This document shows positions 1 to 10,588 of a DNA stretch of 59,060 bases, piece by piece. This DNA is from Salinisphaeraceae bacterium (GTDB lineage Bacteria > Pseudomonadota > Gammaproteobacteria > Nevskiales > Salinisphaeraceae). Both the position numbers and the translations under genes were made by a program. Every line of letters starts with the position of its first letter. Position 1 is the stretch's first letter. The stretch covers positions 1 to 59,060 of the forward strand of contig JBDNIO010000084.1 in NCBI GenBank assembly GCA_041688215.1, given 5' to 3'. The notes under the pieces were generated by a model. It ran no database searches. It was not told where the DNA came from and was given only the letters and a program-made list of their open reading frames with translations.

Positions 1-140
1 ACGGGGCTGACGCGGCAATCCAGTGGCGAGCCGCATAACTTACAACGACTCCGGCACTAGATTGCCGCGCTTCGCTCGCAATGACAGGTTCTCGGGCTCA
101 TCGCCGCTTAAGTAGCGTTAATTCCAACGCACTACACTAG
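1..140 (-). mobile_element. MITE-like repeat, copy cut by the left window edge
   Basis: nt 1-140 equal the reverse complement of 58898-59037 with one mismatch (pos 119). It ends ...CGCACTACACTAG. Internal 10-bp stem CGCGGCAATC (11-20) / GATTGCCGCG (60-69). Confidence 0.8.
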
Positions 141-184
141 TAAGACTTACAAGGGTTGGAACATCCTTGTGCCAAACAGGAACT

Positions 185-207
185 GCTGAAAAACTGCGTT
201 TTTCAGC
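185..207 (-). terminator. Hairpin downstream of the Nudix/ThiE gene
   Basis: Perfect 10-bp stem GCTGAAAAAC-TGC-GTTTTTCAGC, 37 nt after the stop at 244. The U tract on the minus strand is weak. Confidence 0.45.
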
Positions 208-243
208 ACCCCCTGAGCCGCCTCGCCGTAGCTAGCTACGAGA

Positions 244-1200
244 TCAGGCCTTGGGCCAGAACGCGCTTATGCCCGCCGTGCCCTGGGCGCCGTGTTCAAA
301 AGCCTGTTGCACATCCTCCGGCGTAAGTCCGCCCAGCGCATAAACAGGCAAAGCCACGTCATCACGTTCCTGCGCGAATCCTGCCCAGCCCAGGCTGGCT
401 TGATTCGGGTGGCTGGGCGTTGTTTTAACCGGCGACAATATCGCGAAATCGGCACCGATCGCCTTGGCTTGCAAAAGTTCGCTACGATTATGGCAAGAGG
501 CTGCAAACCACCGCGATTGCGAAACGGGCCGTCGCTTGAGGCTTGCCAATACGCTGGCAGGCACATGCAGCCCTGCAGCACCCAGGCGTGTGAGCATTTC
601 AGCGTTGCGGTCCAACATTAAACTGGCGCCATGGTGCTGGAAAACATGCATCAATTCTCGCGCCAGGCGCTCGTAGGCATCATCGGCCAAGCCCCAGGCC
701 CGCAGGCGAAACAGCCGCTGCCCGCGGGCTGCGGCAGTGCTGGCATTACGTAAAAATTCGGTGGTATCGCTGCCTGGCTCGGGCGTAATAACGTAAGTGG
801 CCGGTAGCCGAATGGCGTCGACTATGGGCTTGTTTGCAGAAAGTAAATCATAGTCCCGCAAGTTTTCCTGGGCACACCAGGCCAGGCTCTGCCCTTCGCG
901 CCCGTAGGGCTCGCCCCGCCAGTCGAGCACGAGCCATATGTCGAGCAGCACACGGAGACTGGTGTAGTCGTGGTGGAATCGCAACATGGGGCGAAGACGG
1001 ACAACCTGCACGCCCAGCTCCTCGTCGAGTTCGCGTGCCAACGCGGCCTCGATACTCTCCCCGGTCTCGCGTTTACCGCCGGGAAATTCCCATTTGCCTT
1101 CACCGTCGGTACCGGCTCGGCGCTGCGCGATAAGCACCTGGCCCTGCGCGTTTATGAGCACGCCCACCGCGATATGCAGGGTCTGTGTGGCCATGCCCAA
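244..1200 (-). CDS. Nudix (MutT-like) hydrolase fused to a ThiE/TenI-like domain
   Basis: 318 aa. Nudix box GGKRETGESIEAALARELDEELGV in the N-terminal half, with a C-terminal ~180 aa TMP-synthase-like domain. It sits next to argJ as in pseudomonads. Confidence 0.8.
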   Translation of the reverse strand: MGMATQTLHIAVGVLINAQGQVLIAQRRAGTDGEGKWEFPGGKRETGESIEAALARELDEELGVQVVRLRPMLRFHHDYTSLRVLLDIWLVLDWRGEPYGREGQSLAWCAQENLRDYDLLSANKPIVDAIRLPATYVITPEPGSDTTEFLRNASTAAARGQRLFRLRAWGLADDAYERLARELMHVFQHHGASLMLDRNAEMLTRLGAAGLHVPASVLASLKRRPVSQSRWFAASCHNRSELLQAKAIGADFAILSPVKTTPSHPNQASLGWAGFAQERDDVALPVYALGGLTPEDVQQAFEHGAQGTAGISAFWPKA

Positions 1201-1201
1201 C

Positions 1202-2422
1202 TCAGCTACGATATTCGGCGTTGATTTTCACGTACTCGTAGCTGAGATCGGAGGTCCAGATCAGCGCCTGCGCCTCACCCCGGCCCAGGCTGATACGGAT
1301 AGTAAATTCTGCTTGCGCCATCACCGCGGCGGCATCTGCTTCTTTATAGTCTGGCAAGGGGGCGCCGGCGGCGACGATGGGCACGTCATCGAGCGCAATA
1401 TCCACCCGACTGATCTCCAGGTTTTCCAGCCCCGTGCGGCCCACGGCGGCCAGGATTCTGCCCCAGTTCGGATCACTGGCGAAGCAGGCGGTTTTAACCA
1501 GCGGCGAATGCGCCACGGTAAATGCCACGCGGCGCGCTTCCCCAGTGTCAGCGGCCCCATCAACCTGCAGTGTTATGAATTTGGTGGCGCCTTCGCCATC
1601 TCTAATTATGGCTTGTGCGAGATGGGCCATGACGGCAGATAGCGCATCTGCGAAAAGTTCCCAGTCCGCACTGCCCGGCTGCAACGGCGAGGAGCTAGTC
1701 TGGCCGGTAGCGCATAACACGCAGGCATCATTGGTTGAGGTGTCCCCATCTACGGTAATACTGTTAAACGAGGGCTTGACGACCTGCTGCAAAAGTGTCT
1801 GTAAATCGTCCTGGCCGATATTTGCGTCCGTACCTACAAAGGCCAGCATGGTCGCCATATCAGGCCGTATCATGCCCGAGCCCTTGGCAATGCCGGTAAT
1901 GGTAAGTTGCTCGCCGTTGGCCAGCGTAACCTGGCGGCTGACGCCTTTGGCCACGGTGTCCGTGGTCATAATCGCCTGAGCGCTGGCCAGCCAGGCATCT
2001 TGCTGTAGCTCTTGCACGGCCAAGGCTGATGCCGTCTTGATACGTTCTACCGGCAGACGTGAGCCAATCACGCCGGTGGAAAACGGTAAAATTTGCGCCG
2101 CCGATATATTCTGTGCCTGCGCGGCAGCTTCGCAGCAGGCTTTGGCATCGTCTATTCCGGGCTGCCCGGTGCCCGCGTTGGCGTTGCCGCTGTTTATCAG
2201 CAATGCTCGAATTGGGCCTTGCGCCAGATGTTCTCGCGCCACGGTAACCGGCGCCGCGGCAAACGCGTTCCGGGTAAAAGTAGCGGCCACGCGTGTGCCT
2301 TCGTCTAATGCAATCAGGGCAACGTCCGCACGTCCGGTGCGTTTAATCGCGGCCTCGGCGGTTGCCAGGCGTATGCCTTTTACCAGTAATAATTGGGCCG
2401 GCTCTTTCAGGTTTACAGGCAT
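1202..2422 (-). CDS. argJ: Bifunctional ornithine acetyltransferase / N-acetylglutamate synthase
   Basis: 406 aa. Autoprocessing region PDMATMLAFVGTDA plus the TVDGDTSTND motif. Confidence 0.95.
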   Translation of the reverse strand: MPVNLKEPAQLLLVKGIRLATAEAAIKRTGRADVALIALDEGTRVAATFTRNAFAAAPVTVAREHLAQGPIRALLINSGNANAGTGQPGIDDAKACCEAAAQAQNISAAQILPFSTGVIGSRLPVERIKTASALAVQELQQDAWLASAQAIMTTDTVAKGVSRQVTLANGEQLTITGIAKGSGMIRPDMATMLAFVGTDANIGQDDLQTLLQQVVKPSFNSITVDGDTSTNDACVLCATGQTSSSPLQPGSADWELFADALSAVMAHLAQAIIRDGEGATKFITLQVDGAADTGEARRVAFTVAHSPLVKTACFASDPNWGRILAAVGRTGLENLEISRVDIALDDVPIVAAGAPLPDYKEADAAAVMAQAEFTIRISLGRGEAQALIWTSDLSYEYVKINAEYRS

Positions 2423-2465
2423 CGTCCGGGTCCGCGGGTCAGGCTTCTAGGCCGTGGTTTAATGA

Positions 2466-2488
2466 AAGGCAAGCGACACGCTTGCCTT
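2466..2488 (-). terminator. Hairpin after secA
   Basis: AAGGCAAGCG-ACA-CGCTTGCCTT, a 10-bp stem 35 nt downstream of the secA stop. It is followed on the minus strand by TTCATT. Confidence 0.5.
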
Positions 2489-2522
2489 ACAGGAGACGGC
2501 TGGCATATTAGCGTCGTGAGAG

Positions 2523-5312
2523 TCAGGCAGTGCCGTGGCAATGCTTGTATTTCTTGCCGGATCCGCAGGGGCAGGCTTCATTGCGGCCTACCTTGCGGTC
2601 TTTGCGAACAAAGGTTTCGGGGCGCTCCACCGGTTGTTGCGGTCCGGCAAAACCACCGCCGGGCTGTGCGGCGGGTTGCGGTTGCCCGCCCAGACCCGGC
2701 AAGGCGCCCGGCACGCCCTGGTCTGCGTCTGCAGGCGGTGGCTGCATGGCGCTGGCGGCGTCTTCATGCTTGTAGTCGAGCTCTTCGATACGCTGTTGGC
2801 TCTGCGCGCGGGCCTGTTCGGACATTTCCGCCCGCACCTGGCCGCGCGACAGCACGGTAACCACTTCGTGTTTAAGGTGGGTGAGCATTTCGCTGAACAT
2901 GATGAACGCTTCGCGCTTGTATTCGTTTTTGGGATCTTTTTGCGCATAACCCCGCAGGTGGATGCCCTTGCGCAGATAATCCATGGATGCCAGATGTTCA
3001 CGCCACAGGGAATCCAGCACCTGCAACATAACCGTACGCTCGATCTGACTCATATTTTCTTGGCCGACTTCTTCGCGCTTTTCGTTGTAGACGGTTTTCA
3101 AGTGATCATGAATGCGTTCGCGCAGGCCTTCCTCATCCAGCGATTTTTCTGAGTCCAGCCATTCCTGAATGGGCAATTCGGCGCCGAATTCACGCATTAG
3201 CGCCTCGGTTAAACCCGGCACATCCCATTGTTCTTCCAGGCTTTGCGGCGGCACGTGTTCATTAACCACGTCGTCGACCACGTCACCCCAGATGTTTTCG
3301 ATTACATCGGTGACTTCGCCGGTGTCCATGAGCTCGTTGCGTTGCTCGTACACGACCTGACGCTGGTCGTTGGCGACGTTGTCGTATTCCAGCAACTGCT
3401 TGCGTATATCGAAGTGGTGCGACTCGACCTTGCGCTGCGCGTTTTCGATGGCGCGGTTGACCCAGCGGTGCTCGATCGCCTCGCCTTTCTCCAGACCCAG
3501 GCCCTGCAACATGGAGCGCAGGCGCGGCGGCGTGAATATCCGCATCAGGTTGTCTTCCAGCGACAGATAAAAACGGCTGGCGCCGGGGTCGCCCTGACGG
3601 CCGGAACGACCGCGCAACTGGTTATCCACACGTCGGGATTCGTGCCGTTCAGACGCAATCACATACAAGCCGCCGGCTTCGAGCACCTGTTCGTGGCTGT
3701 TGCGCCAATCGGCCATAATGCGCTCGCGGCTTTGCGTATCGCCTTCTTTCAGTTCGGCGATTTCACGTTCGGGGCTGCCGCCCAGAACAATATCGGTACC
3801 GCGACCGGCCATGTTGGTGGCGATGGTAACCGCGCCAGGGCGGCCGGCCTGCTCGACGATATCTGCTTCGCGTTCGTGCTGTTTGGCATTGAGCACTTCA
3901 TGCGCAAAGCCACGCTTGCGCAATAACGCAGACAACACTTCCGAGGAGTCGATGGACGCCGTACCCACCAGCACTGGCTGGCCGCGCTTGCGGGATTCCT
4001 CGATGTCGTCGGCAATCGCATCGTATTTTTCCGCGATGCTTATGTACACCAGATCGGGCATGTCCTTGCGGACCATCGGTTCGTTGGTGGGGATCACCAC
4101 CACTTCCAGGCCGTAGATGGACTGAAACTCGAACGCTTCGGTATCGGCGGTGCCGGTCATGCCCGACAATTTGCCGTAGATACGGAAAAAGTTCTGGAAG
4201 GTAATCGACGCCAGTGTCTGGTTTTCCTGCTGAATCTGCACGCCTTCCTTGGCCTCAATCGCCTGGTGCAGGCCATCCGACCAGCGCCGGCCGGGCATGG
4301 TGCGGCCGGTGAATTCGTCGACAATCACAACCTGGCTATTGGCAACAATGTATTCGACGTCCTTCTCATACAGCGCATTGGCGCGCAGGCCGGCATTCAG
4401 GTGGTGCATCAGAATGACATTGTTCACGTCGTACAGGCTTTCGCCCTCGGGCAGCAACCCGGCCTCGCGCATCAAGTGTTCGACTTTCTGGTGGCCCTCT
4501 TCGGTCAGGTGCACCTGCTTGGTTTTTTCATCCGGCCAGAAGTCGCCCGGGCCTTCTTCTTCTTCCTGAGGCGTTAGGCTGGGGATTAGCTTGTTGATGC
4601 GCCGATAGAGGTCGGGGTCGTCATCGGTAGGCCCGGAGATAATCAACGGCGTGCGGGCTTCGTCGATAAGGATCGAGTCGACCTCGTCGATCATGGCGTA
4701 ATTCAACCCCCGCTGCACGCGGTCTGCCGGCGCAAAGGCCATGTTGTCGCGCAGGTAGTCGAAACCGAATTCGTTGTTGGTGCCGTAGGTGATGTTCGCG
4801 GCGTAAGCGGCGCGTTTCTCGTCGCTGGTCTGGCCGGAGTAAATGACACCGACGCTTAAACCGAGAAAGCGGTAAATCTTGCCCATCCAGTCGGAATCGC
4901 GTTTGGCTAGATAATCGTTAACCGTAATGACGTGCACGCCCTTGCCGTCCAGCGCGTTCAGGTAGGCCGACAAGGTGGCGACCAGGGTTTTGCCCTCGCC
5001 GGTTTTCATCTCGGCGATCTTGCCCTGGTGCATGACCATACCGCCGACCATCTGCACATCAAAATGGCGCAGGCCGAGTACGCGCTGCGCCGACTCTCGG
5101 ACTACCGCGAATGCTTCCGGCAGGAGGGCATCGAGACTTTCATTTTTCTCGATACGGGCGCGGAATTCTTCAGTTTTGGCGCTGAGTTCGTCATCGCTTA
5201 GCGCCTTCAAATCCTCTTCGAGAGGATTGATATTATCGACCTGCTTGCGCAGTTGCTTGATTACCCGCTGATTGCGGCTGCCAAATAGCTTGCTAACAAA
5301 ATTACTCAACAT
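2523..5312 (-). CDS. secA: Preprotein translocase ATPase SecA
   Basis: 929 aa. Motor motifs MKTGEGKT and [19 protein letters not shown], plus the C-terminal zinc finger [14 protein letters not shown]. Confidence 0.98.
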   Translation of the reverse strand: MLSNFVSKLFGSRNQRVIKQLRKQVDNINPLEEDLKALSDDELSAKTEEFRARIEKNESLDALLPEAFAVVRESAQRVLGLRHFDVQMVGGMVMHQGKIAEMKTGEGKTLVATLSAYLNALDGKGVHVITVNDYLAKRDSDWMGKIYRFLGLSVGVIYSGQTSDEKRAAYAANITYGTNNEFGFDYLRDNMAFAPADRVQRGLNYAMIDEVDSILIDEARTPLIISGPTDDDPDLYRRINKLIPSLTPQEEEEGPGDFWPDEKTKQVHLTEEGHQKVEHLMREAGLLPEGESLYDVNNVILMHHLNAGLRANALYEKDVEYIVANSQVVIVDEFTGRTMPGRRWSDGLHQAIEAKEGVQIQQENQTLASITFQNFFRIYGKLSGMTGTADTEAFEFQSIYGLEVVVIPTNEPMVRKDMPDLVYISIAEKYDAIADDIEESRKRGQPVLVGTASIDSSEVLSALLRKRGFAHEVLNAKQHEREADIVEQAGRPGAVTIATNMAGRGTDIVLGGSPEREIAELKEGDTQSRERIMADWRNSHEQVLEAGGLYVIASERHESRRVDNQLRGRSGRQGDPGASRFYLSLEDNLMRIFTPPRLRSMLQGLGLEKGEAIEHRWVNRAIENAQRKVESHHFDIRKQLLEYDNVANDQRQVVYEQRNELMDTGEVTDVIENIWGDVVDDVVNEHVPPQSLEEQWDVPGLTEALMREFGAELPIQEWLDSEKSLDEEGLRERIHDHLKTVYNEKREEVGQENMSQIERTVMLQVLDSLWREHLASMDYLRKGIHLRGYAQKDPKNEYKREAFIMFSEMLTHLKHEVVTVLSRGQVRAEMSEQARAQSQQRIEELDYKHEDAASAMQPPPADADQGVPGALPGLGGQPQPAAQPGGGFAGPQQPVERPETFVRKDRKVGRNEACPCGSGKKYKHCHGTA

Positions 5313-5503
5313 GCGCCCTTGGTTGGTTCGTTACAGGCCACCCTGTGACCTGTAAACGGCAAAGAAATTCCCACACCACATGGTTGCAGGCGCGCTATGA
5401 TAGCGTAGCGGCTGGGTGCATTTCAGCCATCCGGCAATTACGCGCGTAATGCAACAATCAAAATACCCGCCGGTTAGCGGGATGAGGTTGTTGCAAGCGA
5501 GCG

Positions 5504-6439
5504 TTATCGGGAGGCGCGAATATACTCGGTGGGGTTAACAATCCGGCCATTCTGCACGACTTCAAAGTGCACATGCGGGCCGGTTGCGCGCCCGGTTGCG
5601 CCCATCTTGGCAACGACCTGCCCCTTTTCTACCCGCTCTCCTTCTTTCACCAGAATCTTCTGGTTATGACCGTAGCGGGTCATGTAGCCGTTGCCATGGT
5701 TGATTTCCAGCAAATTGCCGTAGCCGCTGCGCGGGCCCGCGGATTGCACCACCCCCGAGGCAACGGAGATGACATCCGCGCCCACACCGGAGGTAAAGTC
5801 GATGCCATAGTGACTCGTGCGACGGCCTGTAAATGGATCGGCACGCACGCCATAGCCAGAGGTTATCCAGCCATTCAGAAGGGGATGGCCCGAGGGCGTG
5901 ACTTCATCACGCAGCTCGCCTGCGACCATGAGATCGCGCAGCACGCGCATTTGCCGCTCGCGGCCATCGAGTTCGCGGGAGAACTCGTCCAGCGCCGCAC
6001 GAAACTGATCCGTCGTCTGCGTATCGCCGGTATCGCTGGTTTCGGGGCCGCCTATAGGTGGGTCGTTATTGAAGTCGAACTCGGCCGGTTCGAGCTCAGC
6101 CATTTGCGTCATGCGTGAGCCCACGGCGTTCAAGCGCGTTACATGGGCCTGCAGTTTGCCCAGGCGCTGGGCCAGGGCATTGACGTTGTCATCCATATTG
6201 CGGCGCAAATCGGCGATTTCCCGGCGTTGCGCGTTGACTTCCTGGTCCCAGACTTCGGTGGCCGCCATAACCTGATCAACCCCGCGCACCTCGGGGGCCA
6301 GATGGTAACCAAACCACAGCACGCCGCCCAGAAATATCAGCGGTAATACCAGCGTGGGCGCGATGAACCATGGCGAACGCGGCAAAAAACGCATTCTCCA
6401 AGTTTGGCCACGGCTGTGGCTTATGATTAAGATATCCAT
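5504..6439 (-). CDS. M23 family metallopeptidase (membrane-anchored, coiled-coil N-terminal part)
   Basis: 311 aa. SHYGIDF (HxxxD) and GPHVHFEV (HxH) motifs, N-terminal TM helix. The start could instead be the internal Met at 6394. Confidence 0.85.
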   Translation of the reverse strand: MDILIISHSRGQTWRMRFLPRSPWFIAPTLVLPLIFLGGVLWFGYHLAPEVRGVDQVMAATEVWDQEVNAQRREIADLRRNMDDNVNALAQRLGKLQAHVTRLNAVGSRMTQMAELEPAEFDFNNDPPIGGPETSDTGDTQTTDQFRAALDEFSRELDGRERQMRVLRDLMVAGELRDEVTPSGHPLLNGWITSGYGVRADPFTGRRTSHYGIDFTSGVGADVISVASGVVQSAGPRSGYGNLLEINHGNGYMTRYGHNQKILVKEGERVEKGQVVAKMGATGRATGPHVHFEVVQNGRIVNPTEYIRASR

Positions 6440-6467
6440 AACTGGTTTTCACATTCGTGCAACAAAA

Positions 6468-6914
6468 ATGATGCGCAAATACGCTCGTCCCCCTCTTATG
6501 ATCTTGCGTGGTGCGAGCGCAGACACACGGAGTTTACTCAAGCGGGTAGCATTTCTGCAAGAAATAAATGCTGCGCTGGCGCCGGTTTTTTCCGAAAGCG
6601 TAGCCGGACACGTTGCAGTAGCCGATTATTGCGAGGGTGAACTGGTACTGATCGCAGACAGCGGCGCCTGGGCAACGCGCCTTCGTTACCAGCAGGAACA
6701 ACTACGCCGGCAACTGGCGCAACACATGCGCCTGAACCTTGATCACATTGAAATTCGGGTACGCCCGCCGGCTACGCAAAGCCCGCCGGCAGCGCAGTTC
6801 AAACGCAGGATTTCCGCCTCAGCGCGACATCAGCTAGGGGAGTCTGCGCGCCATATTGAAGACCCGAATCTGGCCGCGGCTATAACGCGGTTGTCGCACT
6901 GTGGAGAATCCTGA
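6468..6914 (+). CDS. DUF721 (DciA-type) protein
   Basis: The core GELVLIADSGAWATRLRYQQEQLRRQL is typical of DUF721, and the gene sits between the M23 peptidase and lpxC as in pseudomonads. The ORF-track start 6354 overlaps the divergent M23 gene, so I chose ATG 6468. Confidence 0.7.
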   Translation: MMRKYARPPLMILRGASADTRSLLKRVAFLQEINAALAPVFSESVAGHVAVADYCEGELVLIADSGAWATRLRYQQEQLRRQLAQHMRLNLDHIEIRVRPPATQSPPAAQFKRRISASARHQLGESARHIEDPNLAAAITRLSHCGES

Positions 6915-6918
6915 AGTT

Positions 6919-7836
6919 TTACGCAGCCACCACCGGGCGCGCGCTAACATAGGAAATCGGCGCCTGTTCGACATCGTCAAAAGTAACTTCTTCCCAGGCG
7001 TCTTCCTGCACGATAAGCTCACGCAGGAGTTCGTTGTTCAGTGCGTGGCCGGATTTGTAACCGGTGTAGGCACCGATCAGGCCGTGGCCCAGTAGATATA
7101 AATCGCCGATGGCATCCAGAATTTTATGCCGTACGAATTCGTTTTCGTAACGCAGGCCATCGGCATTGAGTACACGGTAATCGTCCAGCACCACGGCGTT
7201 GTCCATGCTGCCGCCACGCGCCAGGTTATTGGCACGCAGGAATTCGATATCGCGCATGAAACCGAAGGTGCGCGCACGGCTGACTTCCTTCACAAACGAG
7301 CTGCTGGAAAAGTCCACGCTCGCAGTTTGCACGTCGGAATCAAAGGCCGGGTGGTCAAAATCGATACAGAAACTCACCTTGAAGCCGTCGAAGGGATCAA
7401 AACGGGCCCATTTGTCGTCTTCCGAAACCTGGATTGGCCGCTTTACGCGGATCAAGCGCTTGGGCGCGTTGAGTTCCTGAATCCCGGCAGATTGCAGCAG
7501 GAACACAAACGGACCCGCGCTACCGTCCATGATAGGCACTTCGTCGGCAGACAGTTCAACCTGCACGTTATCAATTCCCAGGCCAGCGATTGCGGAAAGC
7601 AGATGCTCTACAGTCTGTACACGCACGCCATCCTGCACCAGCGTGGTCGCCAATGTAGTTTCACCCACCAGAAAGGCCTCGGCCTTGATGGTTACGGCCG
7701 GTTGCAGATCGGTTCTTACAAACACAATACCGGTGTTGGCCGCAGCCGGGCGCAGGGTCATATAGACCTTGTGGCCGGTGTGCAGGCCCACGCCGGTGGC
7801 CCGGATGGGGTTTTTTAATGTACGTTGTCTGAGCAT
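6919..7836 (-). CDS. lpxC: UDP-3-O-acyl-GlcNAc deacetylase
   Basis: 305 aa. N-terminus [21 protein letters not shown] and the [10 protein letters not shown] motif. It lies downstream of ftsZ. Confidence 0.97.
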   Translation of the reverse strand: MLRQRTLKNPIRATGVGLHTGHKVYMTLRPAAANTGIVFVRTDLQPAVTIKAEAFLVGETTLATTLVQDGVRVQTVEHLLSAIAGLGIDNVQVELSADEVPIMDGSAGPFVFLLQSAGIQELNAPKRLIRVKRPIQVSEDDKWARFDPFDGFKVSFCIDFDHPAFDSDVQTASVDFSSSSFVKEVSRARTFGFMRDIEFLRANNLARGGSMDNAVVLDDYRVLNADGLRYENEFVRHKILDAIGDLYLLGHGLIGAYTGYKSGHALNNELLRELIVQEDAWEEVTFDDVEQAPISYVSARPVVAA

Positions 7837-8150
7837 GTTCCGCTTCCTCGTTGGCGCGGGGCCAGGACTTAGTCCATAGCTGTCATATTGTTGTCATTCG
7901 ACCACTGCATAATGCATTCTGGATGCTGAACAGTCGCTGAATAGCCCGCTGAAATAGAGGCTCGACGAAAAAATGTTGCAGTGAACAATAATTGTCGGGC
8001 GCGATAATAGCACATTTGACATTCCTTTGGCCGGAAGAACGAGCAAGAACGGGATCAGGGGCGGGCACAACCCACGGCGGTCGGGCCCGCACCCTGATGT
8101 AATCCCGTAATGCCTTGACGTCTTACTTTTGTCATGAACGGCGCTCTGAC

Positions 8151-9296
8151 TTAATCGGCCTGATTGCGCAAAAATGCAGGCACATCCAGGTAATCCATAT
8201 CCACGGCAGCGTTGTCATCGTGACGCTGACGCGGTGCCTGACGGATTATCGTGGGCTTGTCAAAGTCGCCGTATTCCAGCTGACCGGCGGTGTTGCGTTC
8301 CAGCAAACGCACGGAGTCGCGTTTGGCCTGGGGACGGCCCAGACCGGTGGCCACCACCGTGACGCATAGCGCATCGCCGAGCGACGGATCCACCGCGGTG
8401 CCGACAATTACCTCGGCATGTTCAGCGGCGAGTTCGGCGACCACTTCGTTAACGATCTGGAATTCCTGAATGCTCAGGTTTTCATCGCCGGATACGTTCA
8501 CCAGCAGGCCTTCGGCGCCGTGCAGGTTCAGGTCATCCAGTAACGGGCTGGACATGGCCATCTCGGCAGATTCGCGTGCGCGGTTCTCGCCCACAGCTGT
8601 GGCGCGGCCCATCATGGCCATACCTTGCACGGACATCACGCGACGCACGTCAGCAAAGTCCACGTTCATTACGCCCGGACGGGTAATCAGATCGGAAATA
8701 CCCTGTACCGCATTCTGCAGCACGTTGTTGGCGGCCTTGAACGCTTCCTTCAAGGTGGTGCCCTTGCCGAGTACCGTAAGTAGCTTTTCGTTGGGAATCA
8801 CGATCAGGGAATCGACATAGCTTTGCAGCTCCTCGATGCCTTTTTTCGCCACGTCCATGCGCTTGCCGCGCTCAAACGGAAAGGGCTTGGTAACGACCGC
8901 GAGTGTGAGAATATCCAGCTCGCGGGCAATTTCTGCCACCACCGGGGCTGCGCCGGTGCCGGTGCCGCCGCCCATGCCGGCGGTAATAAACAGCATATCC
9001 GCGCCTTCAATGGCTTCGCGGATGCGCTCGCGGTCTTCCTCGGCGGCTTGTCTGCCCACCACCGGGTCTGCACCCGCGCCCAGACCGCGGGTTACGTTTG
9101 CCCCCAGTTGCACCAGGGTATCGGCGGAGCAACTTTCCAGATGCTGCGCGTCGGTATTGGTGCAAATGAAATCCACACCTTGAATACCTGCCTGCACCAT
9201 CTGATTAACGGTGTTGCTGCCACCGCCACCTACACCAATAACCTTGATGATCGCCTTGTCTGTTCTATCGTCTGCGAACTCAAATACTTCGCTCAT
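8151..9296 (-). CDS. ftsZ: Cell division GTPase FtsZ
   Basis: 381 aa. GVGGGGSN and the tubulin signature GGGTGTGAAPV. Confidence 0.98.
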   Translation of the reverse strand: MSEVFEFADDRTDKAIIKVIGVGGGGSNTVNQMVQAGIQGVDFICTNTDAQHLESCSADTLVQLGANVTRGLGAGADPVVGRQAAEEDRERIREAIEGADMLFITAGMGGGTGTGAAPVVAEIARELDILTLAVVTKPFPFERGKRMDVAKKGIEELQSYVDSLIVIPNEKLLTVLGKGTTLKEAFKAANNVLQNAVQGISDLITRPGVMNVDFADVRRVMSVQGMAMMGRATAVGENRARESAEMAMSSPLLDDLNLHGAEGLLVNVSGDENLSIQEFQIVNEVVAELAAEHAEVIVGTAVDPSLGDALCVTVVATGLGRPQAKRDSVRLLERNTAGQLEYGDFDKPTIIRQAPRQRHDDNAAVDMDYLDVPAFLRNQAD

Positions 9297-9352
9297 GACA
9301 TTTCTCCTGCTTGCCGTGTGATAACTCGTTAATACTTATTAATGCTGTAAGG

Positions 9353-10588
9353 CTAAAAATTGCCCTGGAACCACGCCTTCATACGGTCCCAGACCTGATT
9401 GAAGCTGTTGGACGAATGCCCGCCAACCCCGAAACTGGGCAGAGACTTCTGCCCAAACTGCAACAGACCCACGCCAGTGGCGTGGATCGGATTCTTGACG
9501 ACGTCCGACAGCCCGCTCACGTTCTGGGGCAAACCCAGACGCACTGGCATGTGGAACACCTCTTCCGCCAAGTCGATAAGCCCTTCCATCTTGGAAGAGC
9601 CGCCGGTAAGCACGATGCCTCCGGCAATAAGTTCGTCGTAGCCGCTGCGGATTAGCTCTTTCTGAATCAGAACGAACAATTCCTCGTAACGGGGCTTGAT
9701 CACCTCCGCCAGGGTGTAGCGCGACAGCCGCCGCGCCGGGCGTTCGCCCACGCTTGGCACTTCGATAGCGTCGTCTTCCTCGATGAGTTCCGGCAGCGCA
9801 CAGCCGTAACGGATCTTTATTTCCTCGGCGTGATGCGTTGGCGTACGCAGCGCCACGGCCAGATCATTGGTGACCTGGTCGCCGGCAATCGGAATTACCG
9901 CCGTATGCCGGATCGCGCCGTTGATGAACACCGCGATGTCTGATGTGCCGCCGCCTATATCCACCATGCACACACCGAGGTCTTTCTCGTCTTCGGTTAG
10001 CACCGCATAAGACGAAGCCAGTTGTTCGAGCGATAATTTAGAGACTTCCAGACCGCAGCGGGCCACACATTTCTGAATGTTCTGTGCCGAGGTAACCGCG
10101 CCGGTAACAATATGCACCTTGGCCTCCAGGCGCACGCCGGACATACCCACCGGCTCCTGAATACCTTCGTTGTCGTCGACCGCGAATTCCTGTGGCAGCA
10201 CATGCAGAATTTTCTGGTCAGCGGGAATCGCCACCGCGCACGCCGCGTCGATAACACGTTCGATGTCGGTTTCGGTCACTTCCTTGCTGCGTACTGCCAC
10301 GATGCCGTGGGAATTGAGCGAACGCACATGCGCACCGGAAATGCCGCAATGCACCGACTGAATGCGGCAACCCGACATCAGTTCCGCTTCTTCCACGGCG
10401 CGTCGAATAGAGGCGGTGGTGGCTTCAATATTCACCACCATGCCCTTCTTCATGCCCTTGGACGGATGCGTGCCGAGACCAATGATTTCAAGGCCGTCGT
10501 CGTCCCCCAGTTCAGCGACGATACAGGCGACCTTGGAGGTACCTATATCCAGGCCGACGATGAGATTCTTCTCATGCCTTTTTGTCAT
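9353..10588 (-). CDS. ftsA: Cell division protein FtsA
   Basis: Actin-like ATPase, LIVGLDIGTSKV near the N-terminus. The ORF-track start 10699 is over-extended into ftsQ, so I chose Met 10588 (MTKRHEKNLIVG). Confidence 0.95.
   Translation of the reverse strand: MTKRHEKNLIVGLDIGTSKVACIVAELGDDDGLEIIGLGTHPSKGMKKGMVVNIEATTASIRRAVEEAELMSGCRIQSVHCGISGAHVRSLNSHGIVAVRSKEVTETDIERVIDAACAVAIPADQKILHVLPQEFAVDDNEGIQEPVGMSGVRLEAKVHIVTGAVTSAQNIQKCVARCGLEVSKLSLEQLASSYAVLTEDEKDLGVCMVDIGGGTSDIAVFINGAIRHTAVIPIAGDQVTNDLAVALRTPTHHAEEIKIRYGCALPELIEEDDAIEVPSVGERPARRLSRYTLAEVIKPRYEELFVLIQKELIRSGYDELIAGGIVLTGGSSKMEGLIDLAEEVFHMPVRLGLPQNVSGLSDVVKNPIHATGVGLLQFGQKSLPSFGVGGHSSNSFNQVWDRMKAWFQGNF

Noticed and set aside
7883-8092. 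69-aa ORF in the 314-bp ftsZ-lpxC spacer
   Set aside because: No ribosome-binding site and no motif. The spacer more likely carries the ftsZ terminator-like hairpin (about 8057-8097) and the lpxC promoter.
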